Source of the DNA: Nitrosospira multiformis ATCC 25196
GTDB taxonomy: Bacteria > Pseudomonadota > Gammaproteobacteria > Burkholderiales > Nitrosomonadaceae
Assembly (NCBI RefSeq): GCF_000196355.1
Contig: NC_007614.1
Coordinates: forward strand, 960,001 to 992,000
Direction: 5' to 3'
Length of the DNA: 32,000 bases
Part shown: positions 9,465-19,757 of the stretch, one piece after another
Numbering within the stretch: position 1 is the first letter of the stretch
Layout: each line of letters begins with the position of its first letter
The notes under the pieces: model-generated
Told to the model about the DNA's origin: nothing
Seen by the model: the letters and a program-made list of their open reading frames with translations, nothing else
Database searches by the model: none
Translations under genes and position numbers: made by a program

Positions 9465-10760
9465 ATGAACACGCAACCAGCGAGCTCTCTTGGAAAGGTA
9501 CTAGCGGGGCTTCAGAACCTGCTGCCGGATCTGGAGGCGTTATATACCGACGTGCATGCCCATCCGGAGCTGTCGATGCAGGAATCGCGTACCGCAAGCC
9601 TAGTCGCGGAACGACTTCGCGCGGCTGGGTATGACGTGACGACGAGGGTTGGGAAGACGGGTGTCGTGGGATTGCTGCGCAACGGCGACGGGCCGACCGT
9701 CATGCTGCGTGCCGACATGGATGCACTACCCATCGAGGAAATGACCGGGCTTCCCTATGCCAGCAAGGTCAAGGCCACGAATCACGAGGGTAAAACGGTC
9801 CCGGTCATGCACGCTTGCGGCCATGACATGCACGTTGCCTGGCTCGTCGGTGCGACCACGCTGCTCGCGCAGGCGCGTAATACATGGGGCGGCACGTTGA
9901 TGGCAGTCTTCCAGCCGGCTGAAGAGACTGCGGAAGGCGCCCAAGCCATGATCGACGATGGACTGTTCAACCGTTTTCCAATGCCGGATGTCGTGCTTGG
10001 CCAACACGTCATGGTGGGGCCGGCGGGCAATATTGGCGGCCGTGCCGGATCCATCACTTCCGCTGCCGACAGCCTGCAGATCCGCCTGTTTGGGCGTGGG
10101 GCGCACGGATCAATGCCGCAGGCAAGCATCGATCCGGTTGTCATGGCTGCCGCGACTGTAATGCGCCTGCAGACCATTGTCTCGCGTGAACTTGCTGCTG
10201 CCGAGGCCGCTGTCGTTACCATTGGCGCGTTGCAGGCGGGCACCAAGGAAAATGTGATACCCGACGAGGCGGTCATCAAGCTGAATGTACGCACCTTTGA
10301 TGCGGATGTGCGCAAGCGTGTACTTGCCGCCATCGAGCGTATCGCCAATGCAGAGGCTGCAGCTTCGGGAGCCCCCCGGCCGCCCGAGATTACGACGCTG
10401 GAACACTACCCTCTAGGAGTCAACGATGCCGATGCAAGCGGCCGCGTCGCCGATGCTTTCCGTCAATATTTCTCAGCCGACCGCGTGCGGCAAGTCGATG
10501 CGGCGTCGGCGAGCGAGGATTTCGGGTTGTTCGGAACCGAGTGGGGTGTCCCTTCCGTGTTCTGGTTCGTCGGAGGTACCGATCCCGACCTTTACGCGAA
10601 AGCCAAGGCCGCAGGTGAAATCAACAAGATTCCAACGAACCACAGTCCATACTTTGCACCAGTAATGCATCCCACTCTGGAAACTGGCGTGGAAACGATG
10701 GTCATTGGCGCCCTGGCTTGGCTTCAGCATGAGTCGCAGCACCAGGAGCTGAGACCATAA
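9465..10760 (+). CDS. M20 family metallopeptidase / amidohydrolase (hippurate hydrolase-like)
   Basis: 431 aa with HACGHDMHVAWL metal-binding motif, MLRADMDALPIEE, PAEETAEGAQAMIDDG, ASEDFGLF. Confidence 0.93.
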   Translation: MNTQPASSLGKVLAGLQNLLPDLEALYTDVHAHPELSMQESRTASLVAERLRAAGYDVTTRVGKTGVVGLLRNGDGPTVMLRADMDALPIEEMTGLPYASKVKATNHEGKTVPVMHACGHDMHVAWLVGATTLLAQARNTWGGTLMAVFQPAEETAEGAQAMIDDGLFNRFPMPDVVLGQHVMVGPAGNIGGRAGSITSAADSLQIRLFGRGAHGSMPQASIDPVVMAAATVMRLQTIVSRELAAAEAAVVTIGALQAGTKENVIPDEAVIKLNVRTFDADVRKRVLAAIERIANAEAAASGAPRPPEITTLEHYPLGVNDADASGRVADAFRQYFSADRVRQVDAASASEDFGLFGTEWGVPSVFWFVGGTDPDLYAKAKAAGEINKIPTNHSPYFAPVMHPTLETGVETMVIGALAWLQHESQHQELRP

Positions 10761-10761
10761 G

Positions 10762-11457
10762 GTGTTTCCTCCCGCTGCTTTTGACGTGGATGCTGCAATG
10801 AAGACCCTCGTGCTGGCGCTCGATCTTGTCGGCACCTTCGTTTTCGCTTTGAGCGGAGCGGCGGCTGGTGTCGAGCGCCGACTTGATCTTTTCGGAGTTC
10901 TGGTGTTGTCGTTCGCTGCATCCAGTTCCGGGGGAATCTTCCGCGATTTGCTGATCGGTGCAACTCCACCTGCGGCAATCAGCGACTGGCGCTATCTGGC
11001 GGTCTCACTTTCTGCCGGCGTTTTCACGTTTTTCTGGTATCCCGCGATCAATCGGCTACGCAGCGCCGTACTTATATTCGACGGTGCTGGTCTAGCAGTG
11101 TTCTGCGTTTCCGGCGCGCAGAAGGCCATCTTCTTCGGTCTCGATCCGGTCATGGCGGCCCTGCTGGGCATGTTGACTGGAATCGGCGGTGGCATGGTGC
11201 GCGATGTGCTTCTGTCTGATGTGCCTGTTGTCTTGCGATCCGATATTTATGCTCTCGCCGCCCTTGCTGGAGCGGCCGTGGTAGTAATTGGCGATGCGCT
11301 ACGATTTCCGTCCGTTGCAACGACATGCACCGGCGCGGCTCTCTGCTTTGGCCTGCGCCTGGCTGCCATCCGACACGGCTGGCATCTGCCGATCGCTCGC
11401 GCACCCGGACAGCCGGGCACGAAAATGGACGCTGCGAAAAATCGGAAGGACCGTTAG
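10762..11457 (+). CDS. TRIC cation channel family / UPF0126 membrane protein (YicG/YadS-like)
   Basis: ALDLVGTFVFALSGAAAGVERRLDLFGVLVLSFAASSSGGIFRDLLIGATPPAAISDWRYL and GMLTGIGGGMVRDVLL: duplicated GxxRDxL repeats. Start may be GTG 10762 or ATG 10798. Confidence 0.88.
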   Translation: MFPPAAFDVDAAMKTLVLALDLVGTFVFALSGAAAGVERRLDLFGVLVLSFAASSSGGIFRDLLIGATPPAAISDWRYLAVSLSAGVFTFFWYPAINRLRSAVLIFDGAGLAVFCVSGAQKAIFFGLDPVMAALLGMLTGIGGGMVRDVLLSDVPVVLRSDIYALAALAGAAVVVIGDALRFPSVATTCTGAALCFGLRLAAIRHGWHLPIARAPGQPGTKMDAAKNRKDR

Positions 11458-11552
11458 TGCTTCAGTCGCGTACCGTGTCTCAGCGTCGCATAGCCTGGAT
11501 CACGTGCCCGACGCTCGTTTGTTCGTTCGCCAAATTAATCAGGGAATACCTG

Positions 11553-11583
11553 AAGGCCACGGTTGAACATCTTCCGTGGCCTT
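11553..11583. terminator. Stem-loop between convergent genes, candidate bidirectional terminator
   Basis: AAGGCCACGG (11553-11562), 11-nt loop TTGAACATCTT, CCGTGGCCTT (11574-11583): perfect 10-bp inverted repeat between the plus-strand gene ending at 11457 and the minus-strand gene ending at 11626. No clear U-tract. Confidence 0.45.
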
Positions 11584-11625
11584 GAAGTACCTCCCGATCT
11601 TTCTTTGGGACTGTGCTCCGTCCTC

Positions 11626-13077
11626 TTAAATATGTATCGCCCGCTTATCCACCGCCAGTGCGGCCTCATGCACGACTTCTGACAGAGAAGGGTGTGCGTG
11701 GACGATGCGCGCGATATCTTCGCTGCTCGCTGCGAATTCCATTGCCACCACAGCCTCGGCAATCAATTCGGAAACGTAGGGACCAATCATGTGAATACCA
11801 AGAATACGATCAGTATCTGCATCCGCAAGCACTTTGACGAATCCACCGGTTTCTCCCAGTGCGCGTGCACGCCCATTTGCCATGAAAGGGAATTGTCCGG
11901 CTTTATATTCCACCCCGGCTGCTTTCAACTCCTGTTCAGTCTTGCCCACCCAGGCGATTTCGGGTGAGGTATAGATAACCCAGGGGATTGCGTCAAGATT
12001 TAGATGACCAGCCTGTCCTGCAATCATTTCTGCAACCGCCACACCTTCTTCGGAAGCTTTATGTGCCAGCATGGGACCGCGCACCACATCTCCCACCGCA
12101 TATATATTAGGCAGATTGGTGCGGCAGTGGACATCCACCTCGATACGCTCGCGCTCGTCCAACTTTAATCCTACGTTTTCTGCACCCAGTCCGGTAGTAT
12201 TAGGCACTCGCCCGACGGCAACAATCAGTTTATCCACCTCGAGTTTTTGCGGGTTTCCGTCGACATCGGAATACTCCACCGTGACGTTATCCTGTCCCGA
12301 GGTAATGCCGCTTATTTTGACGCCGGTATTTATAACCAGACCCAGTTCCCGGCTGAAGATTTTTCGCGCTTCCTTAGCCACCTGTTCGTCCGCGCTCATG
12401 AGAAACCCGGGCAAGGCTTCCAGGATAGTCACCTCCGCACCCAGCCTGCGCCATACACTCCCCATTTCCAGGCCGATGACTCCTCCGCCGATCACTCCCA
12501 GCCGTTTCGGCGTTTCGGTCAACGCCAGCGCCCCTGCATTGTCCAGTATCCGTTCATTGTCCACGGGCGCGGCGTCTAATTGACGAGGCACTGAACCTGT
12601 AGCGATGATGACATGCTCGGCTCCTACAGTCTCCACCTTGTCTCCATTCCTGATTTCAATCTGCCAGAGTTCACGATCGGCTTCGTTATCCCTGTCGCGC
12701 TTGAGCAGCGTCGCCCGCCCATGCATGGATGCGACTTTGTTCTTCTTCAGCAGCATGGCAACGCCGCCGGTGAAGTTTGCTACGATCTTGTCCTTGCGGC
12801 CTATCATCGCCGGAATGTCTATGGACAGACCCTCCACTTTGATGCCATGGGCAGAGAATTTGCGGGCGGCGCGCTCGTAATTCTCCGAGGATTCCAGCAA
12901 TGCCTTTGAGGGGATGCAGCCGACATTCAGACAGGTTCCGCCGAGGCTGGGTTTGTCCTGCGGATTTTTCCATTCATCGATACAAACGGTTTTAAGGCCC
13001 AGTTGCGCACAACGAATTGCCGCCACATAACCACCCGGACCGGCGCCGATTACAGCCACATCAAAAGATTGAGACAT
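11626..13077 (-). CDS. lpdA: Dihydrolipoyl dehydrogenase (E3)
   Basis: 483 aa; [61 protein letters not shown]. Confidence 0.97.
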   Translation of the reverse strand: MSQSFDVAVIGAGPGGYVAAIRCAQLGLKTVCIDEWKNPQDKPSLGGTCLNVGCIPSKALLESSENYERAARKFSAHGIKVEGLSIDIPAMIGRKDKIVANFTGGVAMLLKKNKVASMHGRATLLKRDRDNEADRELWQIEIRNGDKVETVGAEHVIIATGSVPRQLDAAPVDNERILDNAGALALTETPKRLGVIGGGVIGLEMGSVWRRLGAEVTILEALPGFLMSADEQVAKEARKIFSRELGLVINTGVKISGITSGQDNVTVEYSDVDGNPQKLEVDKLIVAVGRVPNTTGLGAENVGLKLDERERIEVDVHCRTNLPNIYAVGDVVRGPMLAHKASEEGVAVAEMIAGQAGHLNLDAIPWVIYTSPEIAWVGKTEQELKAAGVEYKAGQFPFMANGRARALGETGGFVKVLADADTDRILGIHMIGPYVSELIAEAVVAMEFAASSEDIARIVHAHPSLSEVVHEAALAVDKRAIHI

Positions 13078-13163
13078 ATTTTCTCTTTATTGTTTAAGCA
13101 AGGAATGCAAAAGGAATGTAAAACGGAAAGACGCCGGCTGCGCAGACCTGTACCCGCGCAATC

Positions 13164-14549
13164 TCAGCTCTCAAGCAGGGGGCTCATGGGATATTCGAGC
13201 GCTTCCTTCATCGCTACCAGGGAAAGCACGGCTTCCCGCCCGTCTATGATGCGATGGTCATAGGATAGCGCCAGATAGCATATCGGACGAATCACGATTT
13301 GGCCGTTTTCGACCACCGGGCGCTCCTTGGTTGCGTGAATGCCAAGAATGGCGCTCTGCGGGGGATTGATGATGGGGGTGGAAAGCATCGAACCGAAGAC
13401 GCCGCCATTGGTGATCGAGAAAGTGCCGCCGGTCAATTCCTCGATGGTCAGTTTGCCGTCCTGCGCGCGGCGGCCAAAATCGGTGACCTGCCTTTCAATT
13501 TCCGCCTGGGACAAGGAATCCGCATTGCGAATAATGGGGACGACCAGCCCGCGTGCACTGCTCACCGCAATGCCGATATCATAGTATTCGTGATAGACGA
13601 TATCGTTGCCGTCCACTGAAGCGTTGACGATGGGAAATTTTTTGAGCGCCGCCACCGCCGCTTTGACAAAGAATGAGGTGAGACCGAGTTTGACGCCATG
13701 CTCCTTTTCAAATTTGTCCTTGTAGCGGGCGCGCAAATCCATGATCGCCTGCATGTTGACTTCGTTGAATGTGGTAAGGATGGCGGCGGTGGATTGCGAC
13801 TGCACCAGACGTTCCGCGATGCGCGCACGCAGGCGCGACATGGGTACTCTTTTTTCGCTGCGTTTTCCCTCAGCCTTGTCTTCAGCCATCCGGGGCGCGG
13901 ACTCAGGGGCGGGTGAAACGGGCGGGGCAGGGGAGGGAGGGGGAGCTGCCGGAACTTGCGGAACCGCAGGAGAAGGCGCGGGGGCGATATTGGCTGTCGA
14001 GCGTTTTTGTTCTACATAAGCCGCCACGTCTTCCTTGGTGATGCGACCATCGCGACCGCTGCCTTTGAGTGCGCGAATTTCTTCCGGCGCCAGATTTTCC
14101 TGCGCAGCCAGTTTTTGCGCGGCAGGCATCATTCCCGGAACTTCCGCGGCGGTTGTGGAAGCCGGGGCAGTTGCGGAAGGCGGAGCAGCTTCTGCCTCTT
14201 TTTTGGCCGGCCTGGCTTCGGCGGCAGAAGGCGCTGCTCCGGATTCGGTTACTTTGGACTTGCTTGGGGCTGCGGTTGAAGCTGCCGGAGTGTTATCCTT
14301 TGTCGCACCTGCTTCGGTATCTATCATGGCGATGACTTCCCCGCCAGTCACCGTTGCTCCGTCTCCCTTGATGATTTTCGCCAGTGTTCCCGTAGCGGGA
14401 GCTGGCAACTCCATCACGACTTTATCAGTTTCGACGTCGATCAGATTTTCGTCACGCTCAACATGCTCCCCTTCCTTTTTGTGCCAGGAAAGGAGCGTTG
14501 CCTGGGCCACTGATTCGGATAACGCGGGAACTTTGATATCGACGCGCAT
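13164..14549 (-). CDS. sucB: 2-oxoglutarate dehydrogenase E2 (dihydrolipoyllysine-residue succinyltransferase)
   Basis: MRVDIKVPALSESVAQATLLSWHKKEGEHVERDENLIDVETDKVVMELPAP lipoyl domain, E3/E1-binding domain, catalytic YDHRIIDGREAVLSL. ATG at 14549 chosen over the longer track ORF (14765) because the lipoyl domain starts there and the extension overlaps sucA. Confidence 0.96.
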   Translation of the reverse strand: MRVDIKVPALSESVAQATLLSWHKKEGEHVERDENLIDVETDKVVMELPAPATGTLAKIIKGDGATVTGGEVIAMIDTEAGATKDNTPAASTAAPSKSKVTESGAAPSAAEARPAKKEAEAAPPSATAPASTTAAEVPGMMPAAQKLAAQENLAPEEIRALKGSGRDGRITKEDVAAYVEQKRSTANIAPAPSPAVPQVPAAPPPSPAPPVSPAPESAPRMAEDKAEGKRSEKRVPMSRLRARIAERLVQSQSTAAILTTFNEVNMQAIMDLRARYKDKFEKEHGVKLGLTSFFVKAAVAALKKFPIVNASVDGNDIVYHEYYDIGIAVSSARGLVVPIIRNADSLSQAEIERQVTDFGRRAQDGKLTIEELTGGTFSITNGGVFGSMLSTPIINPPQSAILGIHATKERPVVENGQIVIRPICYLALSYDHRIIDGREAVLSLVAMKEALEYPMSPLLES

Positions 14550-14572
14550 ATTCTTCCTCTGCCTCCAAGTAT

Positions 14573-17380
14573 TCAGATTCTTTCGCGAAACGCAGATACG
14601 ATCAACTCGTTCTGCTGTTCGTTGTGTTTCACCAGATAGCCCGCCGCCGGAGAGGCCGACGAGGGGCGCAGCGACTCCCCGAGGACCTGATCCGCGCGCT
14701 TGTGACGCAGCAGGTAGTGCTGGATACGGTGCCACGCCCCCTGATTGCGGGGTTCTTCCTGGCACCAGAGAATGTCTCTGGCGTGCGGATAGCGCTCGAC
14801 TTCGGCCTGGAAGTCATCATGCGGAAACGGATATAGTTGTTCGATGCGGATAATGGCAACATCCTCGATCTTGTTCTTGCGCCGATGCGCCGCAAGATCG
14901 AAGTAAACCTTTCCGCTGCAGGCGATCAGCCGCCGTACCTTCTTCGGATCGAGTTCCTCCATATCGGAAATGATGTTCCGGAAGCCGCCATCGACCAGAT
15001 CTTCCAGGCTGGATACAGACTCCTTGTGGCGTAAAAGGCTTTTCGGACTCATGATGACGAGAGGCTTTCGTAGCGGCCGCACCATCTGGCGGCGCAGCAG
15101 GTGAAACATCTGAGCGGGCGTGGTGGGAACGCATACCTGGATGTTGTATTGCGCACACAGTTGCAGATAACGTTCCAGCCGGGCGGAGGAATGTTCAGGT
15201 CCCTGGCCTTCATAGCCGTGCGGGAGCATCATCACCAGACCGCATAGGCGACCCCATTTGGCTTGGCCCGATGCGATGAACTGGTCGATCACAACCTGGG
15301 CGCCATTCGCGAAATCGCCAAACTGCGCTTCCCACATCACCAGCTCATCGGGTGTAGCGGTGGCATAGCCGTATTCGAAAGCCAGAACCGCTTCTTCGGA
15401 TAATACAGAGTCGATTATCACGAAGTCCGGCTGATCCGGTTTGATGTGGCGCAATGGAATATACGTCCCTTCACTCCACCTTTCACAGTTCTGGTCGTGC
15501 AGGACTGCGTGACGATGAAAGAACGTACCGCGTCCCGAATCCTGGCCGGAAATGCGGATTGGATATCCGTCATTCAACAGCGCGGCATAGGCGAGAGTTT
15601 CGGCCATTCCCCAGTCCAGCGGCAGTTTTCCTTCTCCCATCAGGCGGCGATCGGAGACGATTTTTTCCACGCGCGAATGCAACTTGAATTTCGAGGGGAT
15701 ATCGGTGAGTCGCTCCGCCAGCTTGCGAAGTTCGACCAGGGGCAATCCGGTGGAGACTTTTGCATCCCAGGCGGTTTCTTTCAGAAACGGCGTCCAGTCC
15801 ACCGCGTTGGGGGATTTATAGCCGTAGACGATGGTCTTGTTGGGATTGCGCCCCGCATCCATGTCATCCCGATACGCCTTTACCAGCCGATCGGCCGTGC
15901 CGCTATCGATCACGCCTTCGGCCTCCAGCTTGTCTGCATAAAGCTTGCGCGTACCGGGATGCTGGCCGATGATCTTGTACATCAGCGGCTGGGTCACCAT
16001 CGGCTCATCCTGCTCGTTGTGGCCCAGCGTGCGGTAGCAGACCATATCCACGACCACATCCTTGTGAAACTGCATGCGGAAATCGAGCGCGATTTCGGTC
16101 ACCATGACGACCGCTTCCGGATCATCCCCGTTCACGTGGAAAATCGGAGCTTCAATCATCTTCGATACGTCGGTGCAATAAAGCGTGGAGCGGGCATCAC
16201 GGGGATCGGAGGTCGTGAAACCGATCTGATTGTTGATAATAATATGCACCGTGCCGCCAGTACCGTAGCCGCGCGTCTGCGACAGGTTCAATGTTTCCAT
16301 TACCACCCCTTGGGCGGAATAGGCGGCATCGCCGTGCAGCAGCACGGGTAGCACCAGATCGCCATCCCTATCCTGCAAGCGGTGTTGGCGCGCGCGCACC
16401 GAACCCTGGACGACCGGATCCACGATTTCGAGATGAGAGGGGTTGAAGGCCAGGGAGAGGCCCATGATGCCGCCGGGCGTGGAAACCGCGGAGGAAAAGC
16501 CCTGGTGGTATTTGACGTCGCCTTCGGTCAGATCCTGCGCATGCTTGCCTTCAAATTCCTGGAACAGGTCGGCCGGCAGCTTGCCGAGTGTGTTGACCAA
16601 TACATTGAGGCGGCCGCGGTGCGCCATGCCGATCACCAGTTGCTGCACGCCCATCTGCCCTGAGCGCTGCAACAGATTGTCCAGCAGCGGAATCATGCTC
16701 TCGCCCCCTTCGCCGGAAAATCGCTTCTGTCCCACATACCGTGTATGCAGGTACTTTTCCAGGCCTTCCGCCGCTGTGAGACGTTCCAGAATATGGCGTT
16801 TATATTCCGGTTCGAAATCGGGTTGCGCGCGCGGACCTTCGATACGGTTCTGTATCCAGCGCTTTTGCTCGGTATCGGTGATATACATATACTCGACACC
16901 GATTTTGCCGCAGTAAGTCTGATGTAGCGTCTGCAAAATTTCCCTGAGCGAAGCGCGAGGCGGACCGAACAACGAACCCGTCCCGAATACCGTATTCATG
17001 TCAGCTTCAGCCAGGCCGTAATAACCCGGATCGAGTTCGGGAACGTGCGGTTTGTCGTAGTGCTGGAGAGGGTCGAGATCGGCATGGCGCACGCCGAGGA
17101 AGCGATACGCATTTATCATTTGCAGCACGGCTATCTGCTTGCGCTCGGTGGTCAGCAGGCGTTCTTCCCGCACCGTTTCGAGGCCCTGGGCAGCGGCAGC
17201 AGGTCGAGCAGGGCGCTTACCCGACTCCACCGGGATTTCCCCCTTTTGAAGCGCGTCAAAGTATCCACGCCATTCCGCTGAAACCGATAAGGGTTCCTGC
17301 AGATACGCTGCATAAAGCCCCTCCACGAAGGAGGCATTGGATCCGAACAGTGGAGAATCGTCGTGTAACTGTTTCAGCAT
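14573..17380 (-). CDS. sucA: 2-oxoglutarate dehydrogenase E1 component
   Basis: 935 aa; FVEGLYAAYLQEPLSVSAEWRGYF, MAHRGRLNVLVNTLGK, GTFFHRHAVLHDQ, HGYEGQGPEHSSARLERYLQLCA. Confidence 0.97.
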   Translation of the reverse strand: MLKQLHDDSPLFGSNASFVEGLYAAYLQEPLSVSAEWRGYFDALQKGEIPVESGKRPARPAAAAQGLETVREERLLTTERKQIAVLQMINAYRFLGVRHADLDPLQHYDKPHVPELDPGYYGLAEADMNTVFGTGSLFGPPRASLREILQTLHQTYCGKIGVEYMYITDTEQKRWIQNRIEGPRAQPDFEPEYKRHILERLTAAEGLEKYLHTRYVGQKRFSGEGGESMIPLLDNLLQRSGQMGVQQLVIGMAHRGRLNVLVNTLGKLPADLFQEFEGKHAQDLTEGDVKYHQGFSSAVSTPGGIMGLSLAFNPSHLEIVDPVVQGSVRARQHRLQDRDGDLVLPVLLHGDAAYSAQGVVMETLNLSQTRGYGTGGTVHIIINNQIGFTTSDPRDARSTLYCTDVSKMIEAPIFHVNGDDPEAVVMVTEIALDFRMQFHKDVVVDMVCYRTLGHNEQDEPMVTQPLMYKIIGQHPGTRKLYADKLEAEGVIDSGTADRLVKAYRDDMDAGRNPNKTIVYGYKSPNAVDWTPFLKETAWDAKVSTGLPLVELRKLAERLTDIPSKFKLHSRVEKIVSDRRLMGEGKLPLDWGMAETLAYAALLNDGYPIRISGQDSGRGTFFHRHAVLHDQNCERWSEGTYIPLRHIKPDQPDFVIIDSVLSEEAVLAFEYGYATATPDELVMWEAQFGDFANGAQVVIDQFIASGQAKWGRLCGLVMMLPHGYEGQGPEHSSARLERYLQLCAQYNIQVCVPTTPAQMFHLLRRQMVRPLRKPLVIMSPKSLLRHKESVSSLEDLVDGGFRNIISDMEELDPKKVRRLIACSGKVYFDLAAHRRKNKIEDVAIIRIEQLYPFPHDDFQAEVERYPHARDILWCQEEPRNQGAWHRIQHYLLRHKRADQVLGESLRPSSASPAAGYLVKHNEQQNELIVSAFRERI

Positions 17381-17410
17381 GGCCTGAAACCTCGTCTTTT
17401 GACGGTCCGC

Positions 17411-18724
17411 TTACAACCGGGATGCGATGGGAATGACATCGCGTGTGGCTGCGCCAGTATAAAGCTGGCGTGGACGGCCGATCTTGTATTCCGGGTCTGC
17501 GATCATTTCGCTCCACTGGGCGACCCAGCCGACAGTGCGGGCCATGGTGAATATCGCGGTGAACATGGAAACGGGAATACCCAGCGCCCTCTGCACGATG
17601 CCGGAGTAAAAATCGACGTTGGGATAAAGTTTTTTGGAAATGAAATATTCATCTTCGAGCGCGATTTTCTCCAGCTTGAGCGCAAGCTTGAATAAACGAT
17701 CGTCGCGCAAACCCAGTTCATTCAGGACTTCGTGGCAGGTTTCGCGCATCAGCGTCGCGCGCGGATCGAAATTCCTGTATACCCGATGGCCGAATCCCAT
17801 CAGCCGGAAAGGATCATCCGGGTCTTTGGCGCGGGCAATGTATTCGCCAATGCGCGATTCATCGCCGATCTCTTCCAGCATGTTCAGGCAGGCTTCGTTC
17901 GCTCCGCCATGCGCGGGCCCCCACAGGCAGGCAATCCCGGCGGAAATACACGCAAACGGGTTGGCGCCGGTAGAACCGGCGAGGCGTACTGTAGAGGTGG
18001 AGGCATTCTGCTCATGGTCGGCATGCAGGATCAGGATACGGTCGAGCGCGCGTGCAAGTACCGGATTCGATCGATACTCCTCCGCCGGAGTGGCAAACAT
18101 CATGTGCAGGAAGTTTTCCGCATAATTGAGATTGTTGCGGGGATACATGAACGGCTGGCCGATATTGTACTTGTAGGCCATGGCAGTAATGGTCGGCAGC
18201 TTCGCGACCAGGCGGACGGCGGAGAGTTCACGATGAGCCGCGTCGGAAATGTCCATTGCGTCGTGATAAAAGGCGGACAAGGCTCCCACCACCCCTACCA
18301 TGACCGCCATGGGATGCGCGTCCCGCCTGAAACCGGTATAAAAGCGCGCCAGTTGTTCATGCACCATCGTGTGGTCTTTGATGGTTTTGTCGAACGACGC
18401 CTTCTGGGCGATATTCGGCAGCTCTCCATTCATCAGCAGGTAGCATACTTCCATGAAATCGCACTGCTTCGCCAACTGTTCGATGGGGTAGCCGCGATAG
18501 AGCAGAATTCCCTTGTCGCCATCGATAAAAGTTATGCTGGAACTGCTGCTGGCCGTGGACATGAAGCCTGGATCGTAGGTGAATACGCGGCCCCTCTTAT
18601 AAAGCGTGCGGATGTCAACAACTTCAGGCCCCATGGTGCCTGCCAGGATCGGAAATTCAAGTGGCGGCTCACCGTTACCCAGATCAAGGATTGCGTTACG
18701 TTTATGTTCCATGTCGTTTCCCAC
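17411..18724 (-). CDS. gltA: Citrate synthase (type I)
   Basis: 437 aa; [72 protein letters not shown]. Start may be the internal Met at MEHKRN. Confidence 0.97.
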   Translation of the reverse strand: MGNDMEHKRNAILDLGNGEPPLEFPILAGTMGPEVVDIRTLYKRGRVFTYDPGFMSTASSSSSITFIDGDKGILLYRGYPIEQLAKQCDFMEVCYLLMNGELPNIAQKASFDKTIKDHTMVHEQLARFYTGFRRDAHPMAVMVGVVGALSAFYHDAMDISDAAHRELSAVRLVAKLPTITAMAYKYNIGQPFMYPRNNLNYAENFLHMMFATPAEEYRSNPVLARALDRILILHADHEQNASTSTVRLAGSTGANPFACISAGIACLWGPAHGGANEACLNMLEEIGDESRIGEYIARAKDPDDPFRLMGFGHRVYRNFDPRATLMRETCHEVLNELGLRDDRLFKLALKLEKIALEDEYFISKKLYPNVDFYSGIVQRALGIPVSMFTAIFTMARTVGWVAQWSEMIADPEYKIGRPRQLYTGAATRDVIPIASRL

Positions 18725-18762
18725 TGTTTTCCGTTATCTTGATTTACCCAGGAGATTCCTTG

Positions 18763-18999
18763 CTAAACTGATTGCAGCAGGCGCAATACCGGCTGCAGAT
18801 CTGCCTTTCCTTCGTCTTCGTCCTTCTGCACTATCATATGCCACAAGTCGGTATCCGGGAAATCCAGCAGCATTTCGAACTGCCGGATGCCCGCTTCGTC
18901 GAGCGCGGCATAATGCTTGTCCATAAAGCGTTGCAGCACGACATCCAGTTCCAGCAATCCGCGCCGGCACCGCCAGCGTGCGCGCTCGCGTTCCTTCAT
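18763..18999 (-). CDS. sdhE: FAD assembly factor SdhE (DUF339)
   Basis: MKERERARWRCRRGLLELDVVLQRFMDKHYAALDEAGIRQFEMLLDFPDTDLWHMI matches the RRGxxELD-type SdhE signature and sits between sdhB and gltA. ATG at 18999 chosen over the longer track ORF. Confidence 0.9.
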   Translation of the reverse strand: MKERERARWRCRRGLLELDVVLQRFMDKHYAALDEAGIRQFEMLLDFPDTDLWHMIVQKDEDEGKADLQPVLRLLQSV

Positions 19000-19007
19000 T
19001 CCTTCGT

Positions 19008-19703
19008 TCAGATGGTTCTCTTGGTCATCATGGTCTTGATCCGGCTGATCGCTTCCATCGGGTTCAAGCCTTTCGGACATACATCCGTGCAATTCATGAT
19101 GGAGTGGCAGCGGAAAAGGCGGTACGGGTCTTCGAGATAATCCAGCCGCTCGGCGGTTGCCTGGTCCCGGCTGTCTGCCAGAAAGCGGTACGCCTGCAGC
19201 AGGCCTGCCGGTCCCACGTATTTATCGGGATTCCACCAGAAAGAGGGGCATGCGGTAGAACAGCATGCACACAGAATGCATTCGTACAGCCCATCCAGTT
19301 CCGCCCTTTCCTCGGGAGACTGGAGCCTTTCGGTTTCCGGCGGCGGGTCGTCATTGATGAGGTAGGGTTTGATCGAGTGATACTGTTTGAAGAACTGGGT
19401 CATATCGACGATCAAATCGCGTATCACCGGCAATCCCGGCAGGGGGCGCAATTCCACCGGTTCCCTCAGGCCTTTCACGGGAGTGATGCACGCCAGGCCG
19501 TTCCGGCCGTTGATGTTCATCGCATCCGAACCGCATACGCCTTCCCGGCAGGAACGTCGCAGACTCAGACTGTCGTCCACGGTTTTTATCCGTATCAACG
19601 CATCCAGCAGCATCCTGTCCGCCGGTTCCAGCGTGATTTCGTAGTTCTGCATATAAGGCTTTTCGTCCTTGTCCGGATCGAAGCGGTAGATCGAGAATTT
19701 CAT
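19008..19703 (-). CDS. sdhB: Succinate dehydrogenase iron-sulfur subunit
   Basis: 231 aa; [63 protein letters not shown]. Confidence 0.97.
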   Translation of the reverse strand: MKFSIYRFDPDKDEKPYMQNYEITLEPADRMLLDALIRIKTVDDSLSLRRSCREGVCGSDAMNINGRNGLACITPVKGLREPVELRPLPGLPVIRDLIVDMTQFFKQYHSIKPYLINDDPPPETERLQSPEERAELDGLYECILCACCSTACPSFWWNPDKYVGPAGLLQAYRFLADSRDQATAERLDYLEDPYRLFRCHSIMNCTDVCPKGLNPMEAISRIKTMMTKRTI

Positions 19704-19757
19704 GATTTCATTCCGGTTTGGCCCTAAGCAATATGTGTTTCCAGCAGGTTCGTGTTT

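Noticed and set aside
9305-9634. 109-aa ORF upstream of and overlapping the M20 amidohydrolase
   Set aside because: Overlaps the confidently assigned CDS in another frame and has no recognisable family.
14550-14765. N-terminal extension of the sucB ORF in the track (MPGRTPQSGG...)
   Set aside because: It overlaps the sucA coding region and lacks domain similarity. The lipoyl domain begins at MRVDIKVPALSES (start at 14549).
15446-16351. 301-aa plus-strand ORF opposite sucA
   Set aside because: Shadow ORF on the complementary strand of a conserved sucA sequence; no domain content. The same applies to 12071-12583, 14035-14853, 17732-18742, 18978-19727 and 23984-25069.
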